In this document: in pieces, positions 28,512-38,520 of the stretch | Layout: every line of letters starts with the position of its first letter | How positions within the stretch are numbered: the stretch's first letter is position 1 | Assembly: GCA_041690135.1 (NCBI GenBank) | Contig: JAWLHY010000011.1 | Coordinates: forward strand, 1 to 64,000 | From: Armatimonadota bacterium | Lineage (GTDB): Bacteria; Armatimonadota; SYMT01 | Length of the DNA stretch: 64,000 bases | Direction: 5' to 3' | Notes under the pieces: generated by a model | What the model saw: the letters and a program-made list of their open reading frames with translations, nothing else | Database searches by the model: none | What the model was told of the DNA's origin: nothing | Program-made: the position numbers and the translations under genes

Positions 28512-30053
28512 CTACGCCGGGCTTTCTGCGGGGACTGCTTCCCGCATGCCCCGGTGCCCCCGACCGCGCTCCCAGACCTCCTCCAGGTGATCCAGTTGCA
28601 CGGTCCCGCCCAGCCGCTCATAGGTGGACCGCCACGAGGTGAGGGCCTCCAGGCCTGCGTGATCCAGGAAGCGCAAGTTCAGGTCGATGGTGACATGCGC
28701 TCCGGGCGGGATGGCGGAGAGGCGCGTGATCAGTTTCGGCACGCCCGCGAAGGTGAGGGTGCCGTCCACCCACACGGTCCAACGGTTGTCCCGTTCCTCG
28801 GCATGCACGTCCACGTGGGTCAGCTTCCATAGCAGTCGCAGCAGCGCCACCCCGAAGCCGATCGCCAGCCCCATCAGCAAGTTGGTGCACACGATGGCCA
28901 GCACGGTTACCCCATAGACCCCGAGCTCGCCGTGGTGCTGCAGGTCGCGAATGTGCTTCGTGTTGACGAGCCGGAAACCGGTGTGCACCAGCAGGCCCGC
29001 CAGGGCCGCCAGCGGCACCAGCGTGAGGACCCCCGGCAGCAGGGCGACGAACAACAGGACCCAGACGCCGTGCAGGATCGCGGAAAGGCGGGTTTTACCG
29101 CCCGCGGTGATGTTCGCCGTGCTGCGGACGATGACGCCGGTGATGGGCAGACCGCCTAGCAGACCGGATAACGTGTTGCCGACGCCCTGGCCGACCAACT
29201 CCTTGTGGAGGTTGGCGCGCGGCCCGGTGTGCAGCTTATCCGTGGCTACGGCACACAGCAGCGACTCCGCGCTGGCCACAAAACAAAGGGCTACGATCGC
29301 TCCCAGGATGGCGGCCAGGTTGCCTGCGGGCAACTCCGGCAGCCGGAGGCTGCTCAGCAGGTCGCCGCCGAGTTGCACACGCGGGACTTCCATCCCGAAC
29401 AGCAGGGAAACCGTGGTGGCGGCGAGAATGGCCGCCAGTGCGCCGGGGAAGGCCTTCAGCCGGGCCCACGGCAGATGCGGCCAGGCCACGAGCACCGCGA
29501 TCGTCAGGCCACCGATCAGGGTGGCGGCGGGGTCGAGCTGGGCGGCGTGCTCCGGCAGGGAGAAGAGCGTCTTGAGGCCCTTACCCGTCGGCTCGTGCCC
29601 CAGCACGACGTGCAGCTGCGACATCGCGATCAGGATACCGATGGCGGCGAGCATCCCGTGGATAACGGCCGGTGACATGCCCAGGGCGACCGGGGCCACG
29701 CCCATCGCGCCGAGGGCGATCTGCAGCAGACCCGCGCCGACGGTAATGGCGCAGGTGACGCCCCAGCCGAACTGCTGGACGTAGCCCAGTACGATCACCG
29801 TGAGGCCGGCGGCGGGGCCGCTGACCTGCAGCGGCGCGCCGCCGATCATTCCGACGACGATCCCGCCCACGATGGCGGCAATCAGGCCGGCCATCAAGGG
29901 CGCGCCCGATGCCAGCGCGATCCCCAGCGAGAGGGGTACCGCGACCAGGAACACCACTAGTGAGGCGGAAAGGTCCCTGGCCAGGTGAGGGAAACGGCCG
30001 GGCTGGCCGGTCTGGGCCAGTCCGGGGGTTTCGGTCAGCGTATCTTTGGTCAT
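28512..30053 (-). CDS. SulP-family anion (bicarbonate) transporter with a STAS-like C-terminus
   Basis: VVFLVAVPLSLGIALASG, QVSGPAAG and PITGVIVRSTAN motifs; downstream of carbonic anhydrase. Confidence 0.92.
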   Translation of the reverse strand: MTKDTLTETPGLAQTGQPGRFPHLARDLSASLVVFLVAVPLSLGIALASGAPLMAGLIAAIVGGIVVGMIGGAPLQVSGPAAGLTVIVLGYVQQFGWGVTCAITVGAGLLQIALGAMGVAPVALGMSPAVIHGMLAAIGILIAMSQLHVVLGHEPTGKGLKTLFSLPEHAAQLDPAATLIGGLTIAVLVAWPHLPWARLKAFPGALAAILAATTVSLLFGMEVPRVQLGGDLLSSLRLPELPAGNLAAILGAIVALCFVASAESLLCAVATDKLHTGPRANLHKELVGQGVGNTLSGLLGGLPITGVIVRSTANITAGGKTRLSAILHGVWVLLFVALLPGVLTLVPLAALAGLLVHTGFRLVNTKHIRDLQHHGELGVYGVTVLAIVCTNLLMGLAIGFGVALLRLLWKLTHVDVHAEERDNRWTVWVDGTLTFAGVPKLITRLSAIPPGAHVTIDLNLRFLDHAGLEALTSWRSTYERLGGTVQLDHLEEVWERGRGHRGMREAVPAESPA

Positions 30054-30125
30054 GGAAGTTTCGCCCTCGGAAGTGTCCGTCAATGGGTCGTTGAACTCTT
30101 GCAAAGTAGGGGCAGCCCGGAGCCT

Positions 30126-30797
30126 TTAGATGCTCTGGCTGGCCAGCACCGGGATGCCCCGGACCGGCGGCGCCCCTTTGGCCGTGCCCAGGGGAACGAA
30201 CTGCTCTTGCTCGGGATCGTAGGCGAAGACCTCGCCCGTTTCGATCTTGTAGACCCACCCGTGCAGGTTCAGCTCGCCGCGGGCCAGCGCCGCCGCGACG
30301 GCGGGATGGGTGCGCAGGTTCTCCAACTGGACCAGCACGTTCTCTTCGATCGTGGCCGTCAGCAGCGGCCCATCGCAAAGATGCTGGTAGTTCTGCTTCA
30401 CGATCCGGCGAGTGGCCTCCGCATGCGAGAGCCACTGCCGCACGGAAGGTAGGCTATCGAGGCTGTCGAGGTTGAGCAGGCCGTTCATCGCGCCGCAGTG
30501 CGAGTGACCGCAGACGATAATGTCCCGCACCTTGAGCGCGGCCACCGCGTACTCGATCGTGGCGCCCTCGCCGCCGTTCGCGGCTCCGTGGGGCGGCACG
30601 ATGTTGCCCGCGTTCCGCAGAATGAACAGGTCGCCTGGCTGGGTCTGCGTGATCAGGTTCGGGTTGATCCGCGAGTCCGAGCAGGTGATGAACAACGCTT
30701 CGGGCGACTGGCCGTGGGCCAGTCGCTCGAACAGCTCCTTCTGGGAGCTGAAGATGCTGGTCTGAAAGTGGTGAAGGCCTTGGATCAGCTTTTGCAT
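30126..30797 (-). CDS. cynT: Beta-class carbonic anhydrase
   Basis: [13 protein letters not shown] and [10 protein letters not shown] motifs. Confidence 0.93.
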   Translation of the reverse strand: MQKLIQGLHHFQTSIFSSQKELFERLAHGQSPEALFITCSDSRINPNLITQTQPGDLFILRNAGNIVPPHGAANGGEGATIEYAVAALKVRDIIVCGHSHCGAMNGLLNLDSLDSLPSVRQWLSHAEATRRIVKQNYQHLCDGPLLTATIEENVLVQLENLRTHPAVAAALARGELNLHGWVYKIETGEVFAYDPEQEQFVPLGTAKGAPPVRGIPVLASQSI

Positions 30798-30939
30798 GGT
30801 GTTCTCATATTCTCACGTGAGAATATATAGCTCAATTGTATCTGAGGTCGAAACTCGTGTCAACAAGATTCCTGAGATGGGGTAACCTGGAAGCAACGGG
30901 ACCCACCAGGTTGGAGCGGAAGCCGGAAAGGAGCAGTAG

Positions 30940-31410
30940 ATGAAGGTCAGCGAGATCATGGTACAGCCGGTAGCCACCGCCCACGAGGGCGACACTCTGG
31001 AAGAGGTGGCTCGCACGATGCTGGAGCAACGGATCGGCTGTCTTCCGGTAGTCAACGACCGGGGAGAATTGACCGGGATCATTACTGAATCGGACTTCAC
31101 TGCCAAGGAGCGGGGCGTGCCGTTCTCCCTCATCCGCGCCCCCCAGGTCTTCGGTCAATGGCTGGGTAAGGAGGGGGCGGAGGAGATCTACCAGGCGGCC
31201 CGCAAGTTGACGGCCCACGAGGTGATGAACCCGCGCCCCATCACCGTCCCCGAGGACGCCACCCTGGAGGACGTGTTGGAGAAGATGCTCCAGCACGACA
31301 TCAATCGCCTCCCGGTGGTCCGTGGCAAACAGCCCGTCGGGATCATCGCCCGTCACGATCTTCTGAAACTCATGCTCGGTGGCACGCGCGCCGCCGCGGC
31401 CGGCTCCTAA
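30940..31410 (+). CDS. CBS-domain pair protein
   Basis: MKVSEIM, LPVVNDRGELTGIITESD and LPVV..GII motifs; RBS AAAGGAG. Confidence 0.92.
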   Translation: MKVSEIMVQPVATAHEGDTLEEVARTMLEQRIGCLPVVNDRGELTGIITESDFTAKERGVPFSLIRAPQVFGQWLGKEGAEEIYQAARKLTAHEVMNPRPITVPEDATLEDVLEKMLQHDINRLPVVRGKQPVGIIARHDLLKLMLGGTRAAAAGS

Positions 31411-31682
31411 CGGCTCACTTGCCACGCGGACTCCGGTTATCAACGCCCTCCCTTGCCCTCCCTTCGGAGCGGCCGGAGGCGCTCCTGGTGTACGGAACGG
31501 CCATTGAGTTCGCACCCGCAACGGTAGGGTCGGCCCGCTGTCGCCGACCAGGATCTTGCCCAGGCACCCGGAGTGCACCCCGGTAGCAACTCCCGCCCGA
31601 GAGCATGTACCCGTGCCGGGGTATGCAACACGGTAGACCCGGTGCCCGTACCGGAGAGGACGCCGCCTGCGTCGAAGGAAGT

Positions 31683-31723
31683 CGCACCCGCGAGTTGAGT
31701 GGCCTACTCAACTCGCGGGTGCG
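31683..31723. repeat. Perfect 18-bp-stem palindrome (REP-like)
   Basis: CGCACCCGCGAGTTGAGT-GGCCT-ACTCAACTCGCGGGTGCG. Confidence 0.8.
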
Positions 31724-31828
31724 GGTGCCGGATACCCGCGGAGTGGGTGTGGGCGATGTTCCCATACGGGCAGACTCGCGGGGAATTCTCCTACGCGGGC
31801 ATTATGGTTCCCAACTCCACGGTCTTGT

Positions 31829-32836
31829 TTAGGCAGCGCGGTCGCGGTCCTTGTTCGGCTCAACCTCTGCCAGGGGCGCATCGGGATGCGCCGACTCGGG
31901 CAAAGGGGCCTCCGTGGGCGGGTTCAGCAGCGAGAAAACGACCGCCCCACCCAGAATGGCCGCCACCACGCCGAGGGAGATCCCCACCGGGATCTTGTAC
32001 CAGTCGCTGATCACCATCTTCACCCCCACGAAAGCAAGCACCAGGCCGAGGCCCACCTTGAGGTACCGGAACTTGTCCACCACGTCGGCCAGCAGGAAGT
32101 AGAGCGCCCGCAGCCCGAGGATGGCGAAGATGTTTGAGGTGAAGACGATGAACGGGTCCGGCGTAACCGCGAAGATCGCCGGAATGCTGTCCACCGCGAA
32201 GATCACGTCCGTCGTCTCGACCGCCAGCAGCACCAGGAACAGGGGCGTGGCGTGGCGGCGGCCATCCACGTTCACAAAGAACCGGCTGCCGTGGTACTCG
32301 GGCACGGTCGGCATGAAGCGCCGGAAGAGACGGATCATCGGGTTGTCTTCCGGATGCACCTCCTCGTGCTTCTGGGTCAGGATCTTGATACCCGTGTAGA
32401 TCAGGAAGCCGCCGAAGACGAAGATGATCCAGTGGAACTGGTGAAGCAGCGCCGCGCCGACCCCAATGAAGATCGCGCGCAAGATGATCGCCCCCAGTAC
32501 GCCCCAGAACAGGACCCGGTGCTGGTACTCCGCCGGAACGGAGAAGAACGAGAAGATGACCAGGAAAACGAAGATGTTGTCGACGCTCAGCGCCTTCTCG
32601 ATCAGGTAACCGGTCAGGAACTCCAGTGCCTTCTGCGGCCCGAACCAGAAGTACACGCCCACGTTGAAGAGCAGTGCTACGCTGACCCAGATAACGCTCC
32701 AGGTGGCTGCCTCGCGCACGCCAACGGCATGCGGCCGGCGGTGCAGCACGCCCAGGTCCAGCGCCAGCATCGCCAGGATCATGGCGATAAATCCACCCCA
32801 CAGCCAGGGGGAACCAACCGACTCCGGCATCTCCAA
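31829..32836 (-). CDS. terC: TerC/Alx-family membrane protein (Mn export-related)
   Basis: FLTGYLIEKALSVDNIFVF, QHRVLFWG, DVIFAVDSIPA and SNIFAILGLRALYF motifs. Confidence 0.93.
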   Translation of the reverse strand: MEMPESVGSPWLWGGFIAMILAMLALDLGVLHRRPHAVGVREAATWSVIWVSVALLFNVGVYFWFGPQKALEFLTGYLIEKALSVDNIFVFLVIFSFFSVPAEYQHRVLFWGVLGAIILRAIFIGVGAALLHQFHWIIFVFGGFLIYTGIKILTQKHEEVHPEDNPMIRLFRRFMPTVPEYHGSRFFVNVDGRRHATPLFLVLLAVETTDVIFAVDSIPAIFAVTPDPFIVFTSNIFAILGLRALYFLLADVVDKFRYLKVGLGLVLAFVGVKMVISDWYKIPVGISLGVVAAILGGAVVFSLLNPPTEAPLPESAHPDAPLAEVEPNKDRDRAA

Positions 32837-32928
32837 TCCTCCTCCTTACCTGCCACTGCATACCCAAACCGGCCGTCCCTAAAGACGGGTGCCGGCTGCC
32901 ACTGCCCGTTAGGGCGGTGGCCGAACGC

Positions 32929-32951
32929 AAAAACGGGGGCGAAACCCCCGC
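32929..32951 (-). terminator. Intrinsic terminator in the terC leader (riboswitch expression platform)
   Basis: Minus strand GCGGGGGTTTCGCCCCCGTTTTT. Confidence 0.65.
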
Positions 32952-32983
32952 CCGGGTCGCCTTGCGGGGCATGGCGACCCGGG

Positions 32984-33110
32984 ACGAAAGTCTCACCCCC
33001 GTCCAATACTGGCGGGCCCGGCGCCGGCCCGGGTCCCTTCAAGCGAAGGTGACCGGGCGTACTGACGACGACCGGATCGAGGAGGATCCCTCGAGGTTAC
33101 TCCCTCTCAC
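32984..33110 (-). ncRNA. yybP-ykoY (Mn2+) riboswitch
   Basis: Minus strand GAGAGGGAGTAAC...GTCGTCAGTACG...GGTGAGACTTTC with P1 pairing; upstream of terC, the usual context. Confidence 0.78.
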
Positions 33111-33207
33111 TAGAAGGATGATATCCCACGAGCCCCGCGCGGGAAACATCCGGCGGTAGGGAAGATCCGAAGAGTGAGTTGGGGCCGTTGCGGTAATAAG
33201 AGGGAGG

Positions 33208-34863
33208 ATGAGCCAGGCCGCTGAGAACAATCAGGACGCCTGCGCGGAAGTGCGGCGCGAAGCAGCCGACCGCTTGCGGCGACTGACCCCAGAGATCCTG
33301 TCGCGGTGGTGCGACCGGATCCGGGCGGAGGTGCCGGCGGCCCGCGAGCGCAGTTCACTGCTCCTGATAGACCACCTCCCCAAGTTCCTGGAGTGTCTGG
33401 CCCCGATCCTTGCCGGGGAAGCTTCCGTAGAGGAGATACCCGAGTTTCCGGATTACGCCGGGGTTCACGGAGAATTGCGCGCGTACCTGCCGGACTTCTC
33501 GCTGGATGAAGTTTTCGTCGAGTACGCGATCCTGCGCGAAGTGATCATGGAGGTGCTGGAGGGCGAACGCCCCTTGCCGCTCACCATCCGTCTGACGCTG
33601 CAGTCCGGCATCGACCGGGCCGTGCGGAGCGCCGTTCGGCAGTACGTCGATGCGACGCAGCAGGAGCTTCAGTCCAGCGAGCGCCGCCTGCGCCGCCTCC
33701 AGGCCCTAAGCGATGTGGCGCTGTCGCGCCTGGGCCTCGAGGAATTGCTGCGGGAGTTGCTGGAGCGGATCCGGCGGATGCTGGCCGCCGACACGGCCGT
33801 GATCCTGCTGCGGCAGGACGACGTCCTGCGGGTCCGGGTCGCTCTCGGTCTCGAAGAGGAGGCCGAGGGCCGGGTCACCGTATCGCTGGGCGATGGGTAC
33901 GCCGGCCGGATTGCCGCCGCGGGAAGCCCACTGATCGTCCCGGACACGCATGCATCAGAGATCATTCGCCCGTCCCTACGGAAACGAGCCCGTTCCCTGC
34001 TCGGCGTGCCGCTCGTTCTGGAGAATGCGGTCATCGGAGTAGTGCACATCGGCACCCGCGAGACACGCGTTTTTACCGGAGAAGATCAGGACTTCCTGCA
34101 GTTGGCCGCTGACCGGGTGGCGCTGGCGATCGACCGTGCGCGCCTGTTCCAGGAACTCCGCCAGGCGAACGAGCGCAAGACCCAGTTCCTGGCGATGCTG
34201 GCGCATGAGATGCGCACGCCGCTCTCCGCAGTCAACAGCGCGGCTTACATTCTGCAGGAGATCCAGGTCGAAGGCCGCGCAGTGAAGCAGTTGGAGGCGA
34301 TCCAGCGACAGACGGCGAACCTGGCGCGCCTCGTGGAAGACTTGATGGACGTCTCCCGGATCAGCCGGGGCCGGATCGAGCTGCGGCGGGAACTGGTGGA
34401 CCTCGGTACCCTGGCAGCCCAGGCGGTCCAGGCGGTTCAGCCGCTGATCGATGCCCGGGGGCAGGAGATCAACTGCACGATACCCGAAGGGCCGTTGACG
34501 GTGGACGCCGATCCCGTCCGCCTCAACCAGGTTATCGTCAACCTGCTGAACAACGCCGCCAAGTATACCGAGCCGGGCGGGCGCATCTGGCTAACCATCG
34601 AACTAGATGATGAGCAGGTCACGATCCGCATCTGCGACACGGGGATCGGGATCGATCCTTCCGTCTTACCGACGCTGTTCGATCTCTTCGCGCAGGTGGA
34701 CCCGTCCGAAGCAAAGAGTCACGGTGGCCTGGGGATCGGTCTCTTTCTCGTCAAGCGGCTGGTGGAACTTCACGGCGGCCGGGTCGCCGTCCGCAGCGCC
34801 GGGGTAGGCGCGGGGGCGGAGTTTTCCGTCCAACTCCCGCTGGTTCCCAAGCCCCCAGATTGA
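33208..34863 (+). CDS. Cytoplasmic sensor histidine kinase (RsbRD-N-like, GAF, HisKA, HATPase)
   Basis: LAHEMRTPL, NLLNNAAKYT, DTGIGI and GGLGIGL boxes; GAF SLLGVPL. Confidence 0.93.
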   Translation: MSQAAENNQDACAEVRREAADRLRRLTPEILSRWCDRIRAEVPAARERSSLLLIDHLPKFLECLAPILAGEASVEEIPEFPDYAGVHGELRAYLPDFSLDEVFVEYAILREVIMEVLEGERPLPLTIRLTLQSGIDRAVRSAVRQYVDATQQELQSSERRLRRLQALSDVALSRLGLEELLRELLERIRRMLAADTAVILLRQDDVLRVRVALGLEEEAEGRVTVSLGDGYAGRIAAAGSPLIVPDTHASEIIRPSLRKRARSLLGVPLVLENAVIGVVHIGTRETRVFTGEDQDFLQLAADRVALAIDRARLFQELRQANERKTQFLAMLAHEMRTPLSAVNSAAYILQEIQVEGRAVKQLEAIQRQTANLARLVEDLMDVSRISRGRIELRRELVDLGTLAAQAVQAVQPLIDARGQEINCTIPEGPLTVDADPVRLNQVIVNLLNNAAKYTEPGGRIWLTIELDDEQVTIRICDTGIGIDPSVLPTLFDLFAQVDPSEAKSHGGLGIGLFLVKRLVELHGGRVAVRSAGVGAGAEFSVQLPLVPKPPD

Positions 34864-34880
34864 GCGGCGAACCCGGGTGT

Positions 34881-35060
34881 CACGCATCACGTCTCCGCCC
34901 AAGGTGGTAGTCACGCCTGAGCTGATCCAGCTTCTAGTCCCTAAAGGGACCCGGCACGCATCACGTCTCCGTCCGAAGTGGTTGTCACGCCTCCCTGCAG
35001 TCACCTTGCACGTGGGCTCACGCAATACGCAATACGCCTCGCACCCCACGCCCCTCGAAC
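34881..35060. repeat. 38-bp direct repeat pair, small hairpin and ACGCAAT 7-mers
   Basis: CACGCATCACGTCTCCG...GTCACGCCT at 34881-34918 and 34955-34992; GTCCCTAAAGGGAC between them; CACGCAATACGCAATACGC at about 35019. Confidence 0.75.
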
Positions 35061-35063
35061 CTC

Positions 35064-36530
35064 TCACCTCGAACCTGGCGTGTAGTCTGCCCCGTTCAGG
35101 CTACGGACGACGGACTTCTGCCACTTCTCCAGCTCGGACTGCATCTCTTTCACGCGCTCGGGATCCTCCGCGGCCAGGTCCCGGGCCTCTGCACGGTCTT
35201 TCGTCAGGTCGAAGAGTTGATGGGTCACGGTTCCGTCTTTCGCCGCGATCCGGTGGAGCTTATACGTGCCGTCGATCCAGGCCGCGTGCCCGGGGAGCAC
35301 GTCTTCCGGGTACTGGCGGTCGATCTGTCCGGCTTTCGAGTCGTCGTAGAGGGCGGAGGGCTTGCCTTCCGCCTGTTCCCGCAACAGGTCCGCGCTGGGG
35401 GAGCGGATACCGCCGACCGGGTAATCCCAGAAGCCGAGCGGTTTCGTCCGACGGGTCAGCTTCCCGTCCAGGAGCGGGACCAGGCTCATCCCGTCCAGCG
35501 GCTGGGGCTGGTCGGCCACCCGCGCGCCGGCGAGTTCGAGAAGGGTGGGGTAGATGTCGACGGTCCCGCACGGGATCGTGGTGGTTGCCGGCTTGCGGAC
35601 GCGGGCGGGCCACTCGATGAGGCCGGGCACGCGGATCCCGCCTTCCCACAGGCTTCCCTTGCGTCCTTTCAGGTCGCCGGCAGAACCCGGCCGGCCCGCG
35701 GGTCCCTGCGGACCGTTGTCGCTGGTGTACCACACCACGGTGTTCCGGGCGATCCCCAACTCTCGGATTTGCGTGCGGAGGCGGCCCATGGCCTGATCGA
35801 TGCCGGTTACCTCGCCGTAGTAGTTCTGCAGCGCCGGCTTCAGGTCCGGGTAGAGCGCCCGGGTTGCCTCCGAGGCCTGGTGGGGGTTGTGCGGTGAGCC
35901 GAACCAGACCACGGCCAGGAACGGCTGCTTCTTGCCGGAGGCTTTCCGGATGAAATCGAGGGCGGCATCCACCGTCACCCGCGACGACTCGCCGCGAAAC
36001 TGCTCCACTTTCCCGTTGCGGGCGAGCAAGGGATCGTTCTCGAAGAAGTTGGGGGCGGAGACCCACTCGTCGAAGCCGCTGTTGCCGGGGCTGACCGGGC
36101 TCTCCGGGCGTACCGAGCCGAGGTGCCACTTGCCGAAGTGTCCCGTGGTGTAACCCGCTTTCCGCAGCGCCTCCGCGATCGTCGTTTCCTGCGGGCGCAG
36201 GGTGTGGCCCCAGCTAAAGCAGCCGAACCGGTTGGGGTTCCGGCCGGTCATCACACTGCCCCGGGTGGGCGAGCAGACGGAGGAGGCGGAGTAGAACCGG
36301 TCGAAGCGCAGGCCCGTGGCCGCCATCTGGTCCAGCACCGGCGTCTTCGGGATCGGGTTGCCGTTGTAGCCTACGTCGCCCCACCCCTGGTCGTCGGCCA
36401 TGCAGAGGATGAAGTTCGGGCGCGCCTCCGCCTGGGCCGCGGCATCTCGGCTGCCGGTCACGGCGCACAGGGCCGTTCCCACGCCCAGGGCCAGGACCAG
36501 CGGAGTCAACAGGGGGCGGCGCGTATTCAT
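35064..36530 (-). CDS. Secreted Cys-type sulfatase
   Basis: PNFILCMADDQG, VCSPTRGSVMTG, GKWHLG, TSDNG and KGSLWEGGIRVP motifs; signal peptide. Confidence 0.95.
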   Translation of the reverse strand: MNTRRPLLTPLVLALGVGTALCAVTGSRDAAAQAEARPNFILCMADDQGWGDVGYNGNPIPKTPVLDQMAATGLRFDRFYSASSVCSPTRGSVMTGRNPNRFGCFSWGHTLRPQETTIAEALRKAGYTTGHFGKWHLGSVRPESPVSPGNSGFDEWVSAPNFFENDPLLARNGKVEQFRGESSRVTVDAALDFIRKASGKKQPFLAVVWFGSPHNPHQASEATRALYPDLKPALQNYYGEVTGIDQAMGRLRTQIRELGIARNTVVWYTSDNGPQGPAGRPGSAGDLKGRKGSLWEGGIRVPGLIEWPARVRKPATTTIPCGTVDIYPTLLELAGARVADQPQPLDGMSLVPLLDGKLTRRTKPLGFWDYPVGGIRSPSADLLREQAEGKPSALYDDSKAGQIDRQYPEDVLPGHAAWIDGTYKLHRIAAKDGTVTHQLFDLTKDRAEARDLAAEDPERVKEMQSELEKWQKSVVRSLNGADYTPGSR

Positions 36531-36639
36531 TGATCTGATCCTTATTTCAATGCGGTTCCAATGGGGGCGGGGTCGGGTGACGCTGACTGTGGATAGAGTT
36601 GCGGTCGGCCGCGATTGGGTCGATGGCATCGGGTGATGG

Positions 36640-36812
36640 GAATCTCTATTCCAAGTCTTACTCTTACTCCTACTCTTACTCCTCCCGCATTTCCCCTGCC
36701 TCTGGAGGGGCAGTTGTCTTGCGGGTCTGCTTCCCCCGGCGTGGGCGGAATCTCACACGGCGCGGCGAGTACAAGTCCACGGCGAGGCAGGCATCGGAAA
36801 GCCTGCCCTACA
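36640..36812. repeat. 6-mer tandem tract and REP-like hairpins
   Basis: TCTTACTCTTACTCCTACTCTTACTCC (about 36656-36683); GGCAGGCATCGGAAAGCCTGCCCTAC. Confidence 0.6.
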
Positions 36813-36910
36813 TCGGTGCGAGGGCGGAGGCCGTTCACTTTACCAGGAGTTGATCCTGCCGCGGCACGGGCAGGGCGTTGGAAGTCGGAGCTCACGTGGT
36901 AAGTGGTTCA

Positions 36911-38188
36911 CTACTCCGCCTTCCTCTCCCCGAACGCACGGACCTCCGGCCAGGCCGAAGCCACGGCCCCCACCACCAGCAGCGTCCCGATCCCGCCCGA
37001 TACCACGGACACCACCGGTCCGAAGAAGCTGGCGACCAGCCCCGATTCGAACCCGCCGAGTTGGTTGGAGGAACTGATGAACACCTGGTTCACCGCGGAA
37101 ACGCGCCCGAGCATCTCGTCCGGGGTGAGGGTCTGGACTAGCGTGCTCCGCACCACCACGCTGATGTTGTCCAGCGCGCCTGTGAGGAAGAGCATCGCCA
37201 GTGAGAGCGGGAAGGAGCGGGAGAAGCCGAAGACGATGGTCGCCACCCCGAAGCCGGCCACGGCCCACAGCATGGCGAGCCCTGGCCGGCGCAGCGGCGG
37301 CAGGTGGGCCAGCAGCAGCGCCATGCAGACGGCGCCGGCGGAGGGGGCCGCCTGCAGCCAGCCCAGCCCCTGCGGGCCGACGCGGAGGATGTCCGTCGCG
37401 TAGATCGGTAGCAGGGCCACCGCGCCGCCCAGCAACACGGCGAAGAGGTCGAGGGTGATCGTGGCCAGGATGATGCGGGTGCGCCAGACGAACCGGAGCC
37501 CTGCCGTCAGGCTTTCCAGCGTGAGCGGCACGGATTGCCGGGGCTCCTGCCGGTAGCGCGGCACGGCCAGCGCAATGAACAGGAACGCCACCAGGGTCAG
37601 CCCGGCATCGAGGAGGAACGCGGGCGTTGCGCTTCTTCCGAGTGCGATCACGGCGCCGCCCAACGCCGGGCCAAGCATCGAGGCGATCTGAGACACGCTG
37701 CTGTTCCAGCGGATGGCACTCTCGAACTGCTCGGGCGGAACGAACTGGGGAAGCATGGAGGCGGTAGCCGGGCCGCTAAACCCGCGCGCCAGCCCCGCGC
37801 AGAGCAGACAGAGATAGACCCACGGAACGGGAGCGTGCAGTCCCGAAACCAGGGCCAGCCCCAGCGAGCAAAAGGCCAGGATCAGGTGCGCGGACTGCAC
37901 GATCTGCTTCCGGCCGAAGCGGTCCGCGGCGTGCCCGGCCGGGATCGCCAGCACCAGCACCGGCAGGAACTGCACCAGCCCCACGTAGGCCAGCGCCATC
38001 GGGTCGCGCGTCCGCGTGTACAACTCCCAACCGATCGCCACCGACGTCAACTGTGACCCGATCCGGGCCAGGTTGCGCGCGGTGAGGTACAGCATCAGGT
38101 CCCGGTTCCGCAGCACGGTGTACGGGCTGTGGGTGGGGCTTTCCGACTCTCGCTCTGCCAATCCCTTCGCCTGCCTCGCTCGACACAA
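36911..38188 (-). CDS. MFS transporter (DHA3/Tap-like)
   Basis: AGHAADRFGRK, ITLDLFAVLLGG and TPDEMLGRV motifs; start uncertain. Confidence 0.9.
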   Translation of the reverse strand: MCRARQAKGLAERESESPTHSPYTVLRNRDLMLYLTARNLARIGSQLTSVAIGWELYTRTRDPMALAYVGLVQFLPVLVLAIPAGHAADRFGRKQIVQSAHLILAFCSLGLALVSGLHAPVPWVYLCLLCAGLARGFSGPATASMLPQFVPPEQFESAIRWNSSVSQIASMLGPALGGAVIALGRSATPAFLLDAGLTLVAFLFIALAVPRYRQEPRQSVPLTLESLTAGLRFVWRTRIILATITLDLFAVLLGGAVALLPIYATDILRVGPQGLGWLQAAPSAGAVCMALLLAHLPPLRRPGLAMLWAVAGFGVATIVFGFSRSFPLSLAMLFLTGALDNISVVVRSTLVQTLTPDEMLGRVSAVNQVFISSSNQLGGFESGLVASFFGPVVSVVSGGIGTLLVVGAVASAWPEVRAFGERKAE

Positions 38189-38520
38189 TCCCCGGGCAAC
38201 ACCTTCTGGGAGAGCGCTCCGGGGGTCTTCACATACTGAGTGGGGTGTTCACCCTTGACGGAGACTTACGAACACCGGCTATTCCTGCCGCACTCCATCA
38301 CCACTCCCCTACTTACGAGTCCGTCGCTGACGTAGGTTTGCGAGTGGGTTATTTCCCCGCTCGGTCTCCCCGGCTCCTCCGAAGGCACTGTGCCCCACGA
38401 AGGGTGGTTGCGCCGCTTCGTTCCTTTCATACAGCCTTCACTGCAGCTTAACCGTTCCGAAACGGACCCTGGTTAGAGTATAAAGGCCGGCATCTGGACC
38501 GGTTCAGGAGTATTGAGCTG

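Noticed and set aside
36531-36629. Extended N-termini in the ORF track (sulfatase; also 14908, 16355, 48040, 51273, 55173, 58214)
   Set aside because: Extensions run through repeats or upstream genes; downstream starts have an RBS or signal peptide
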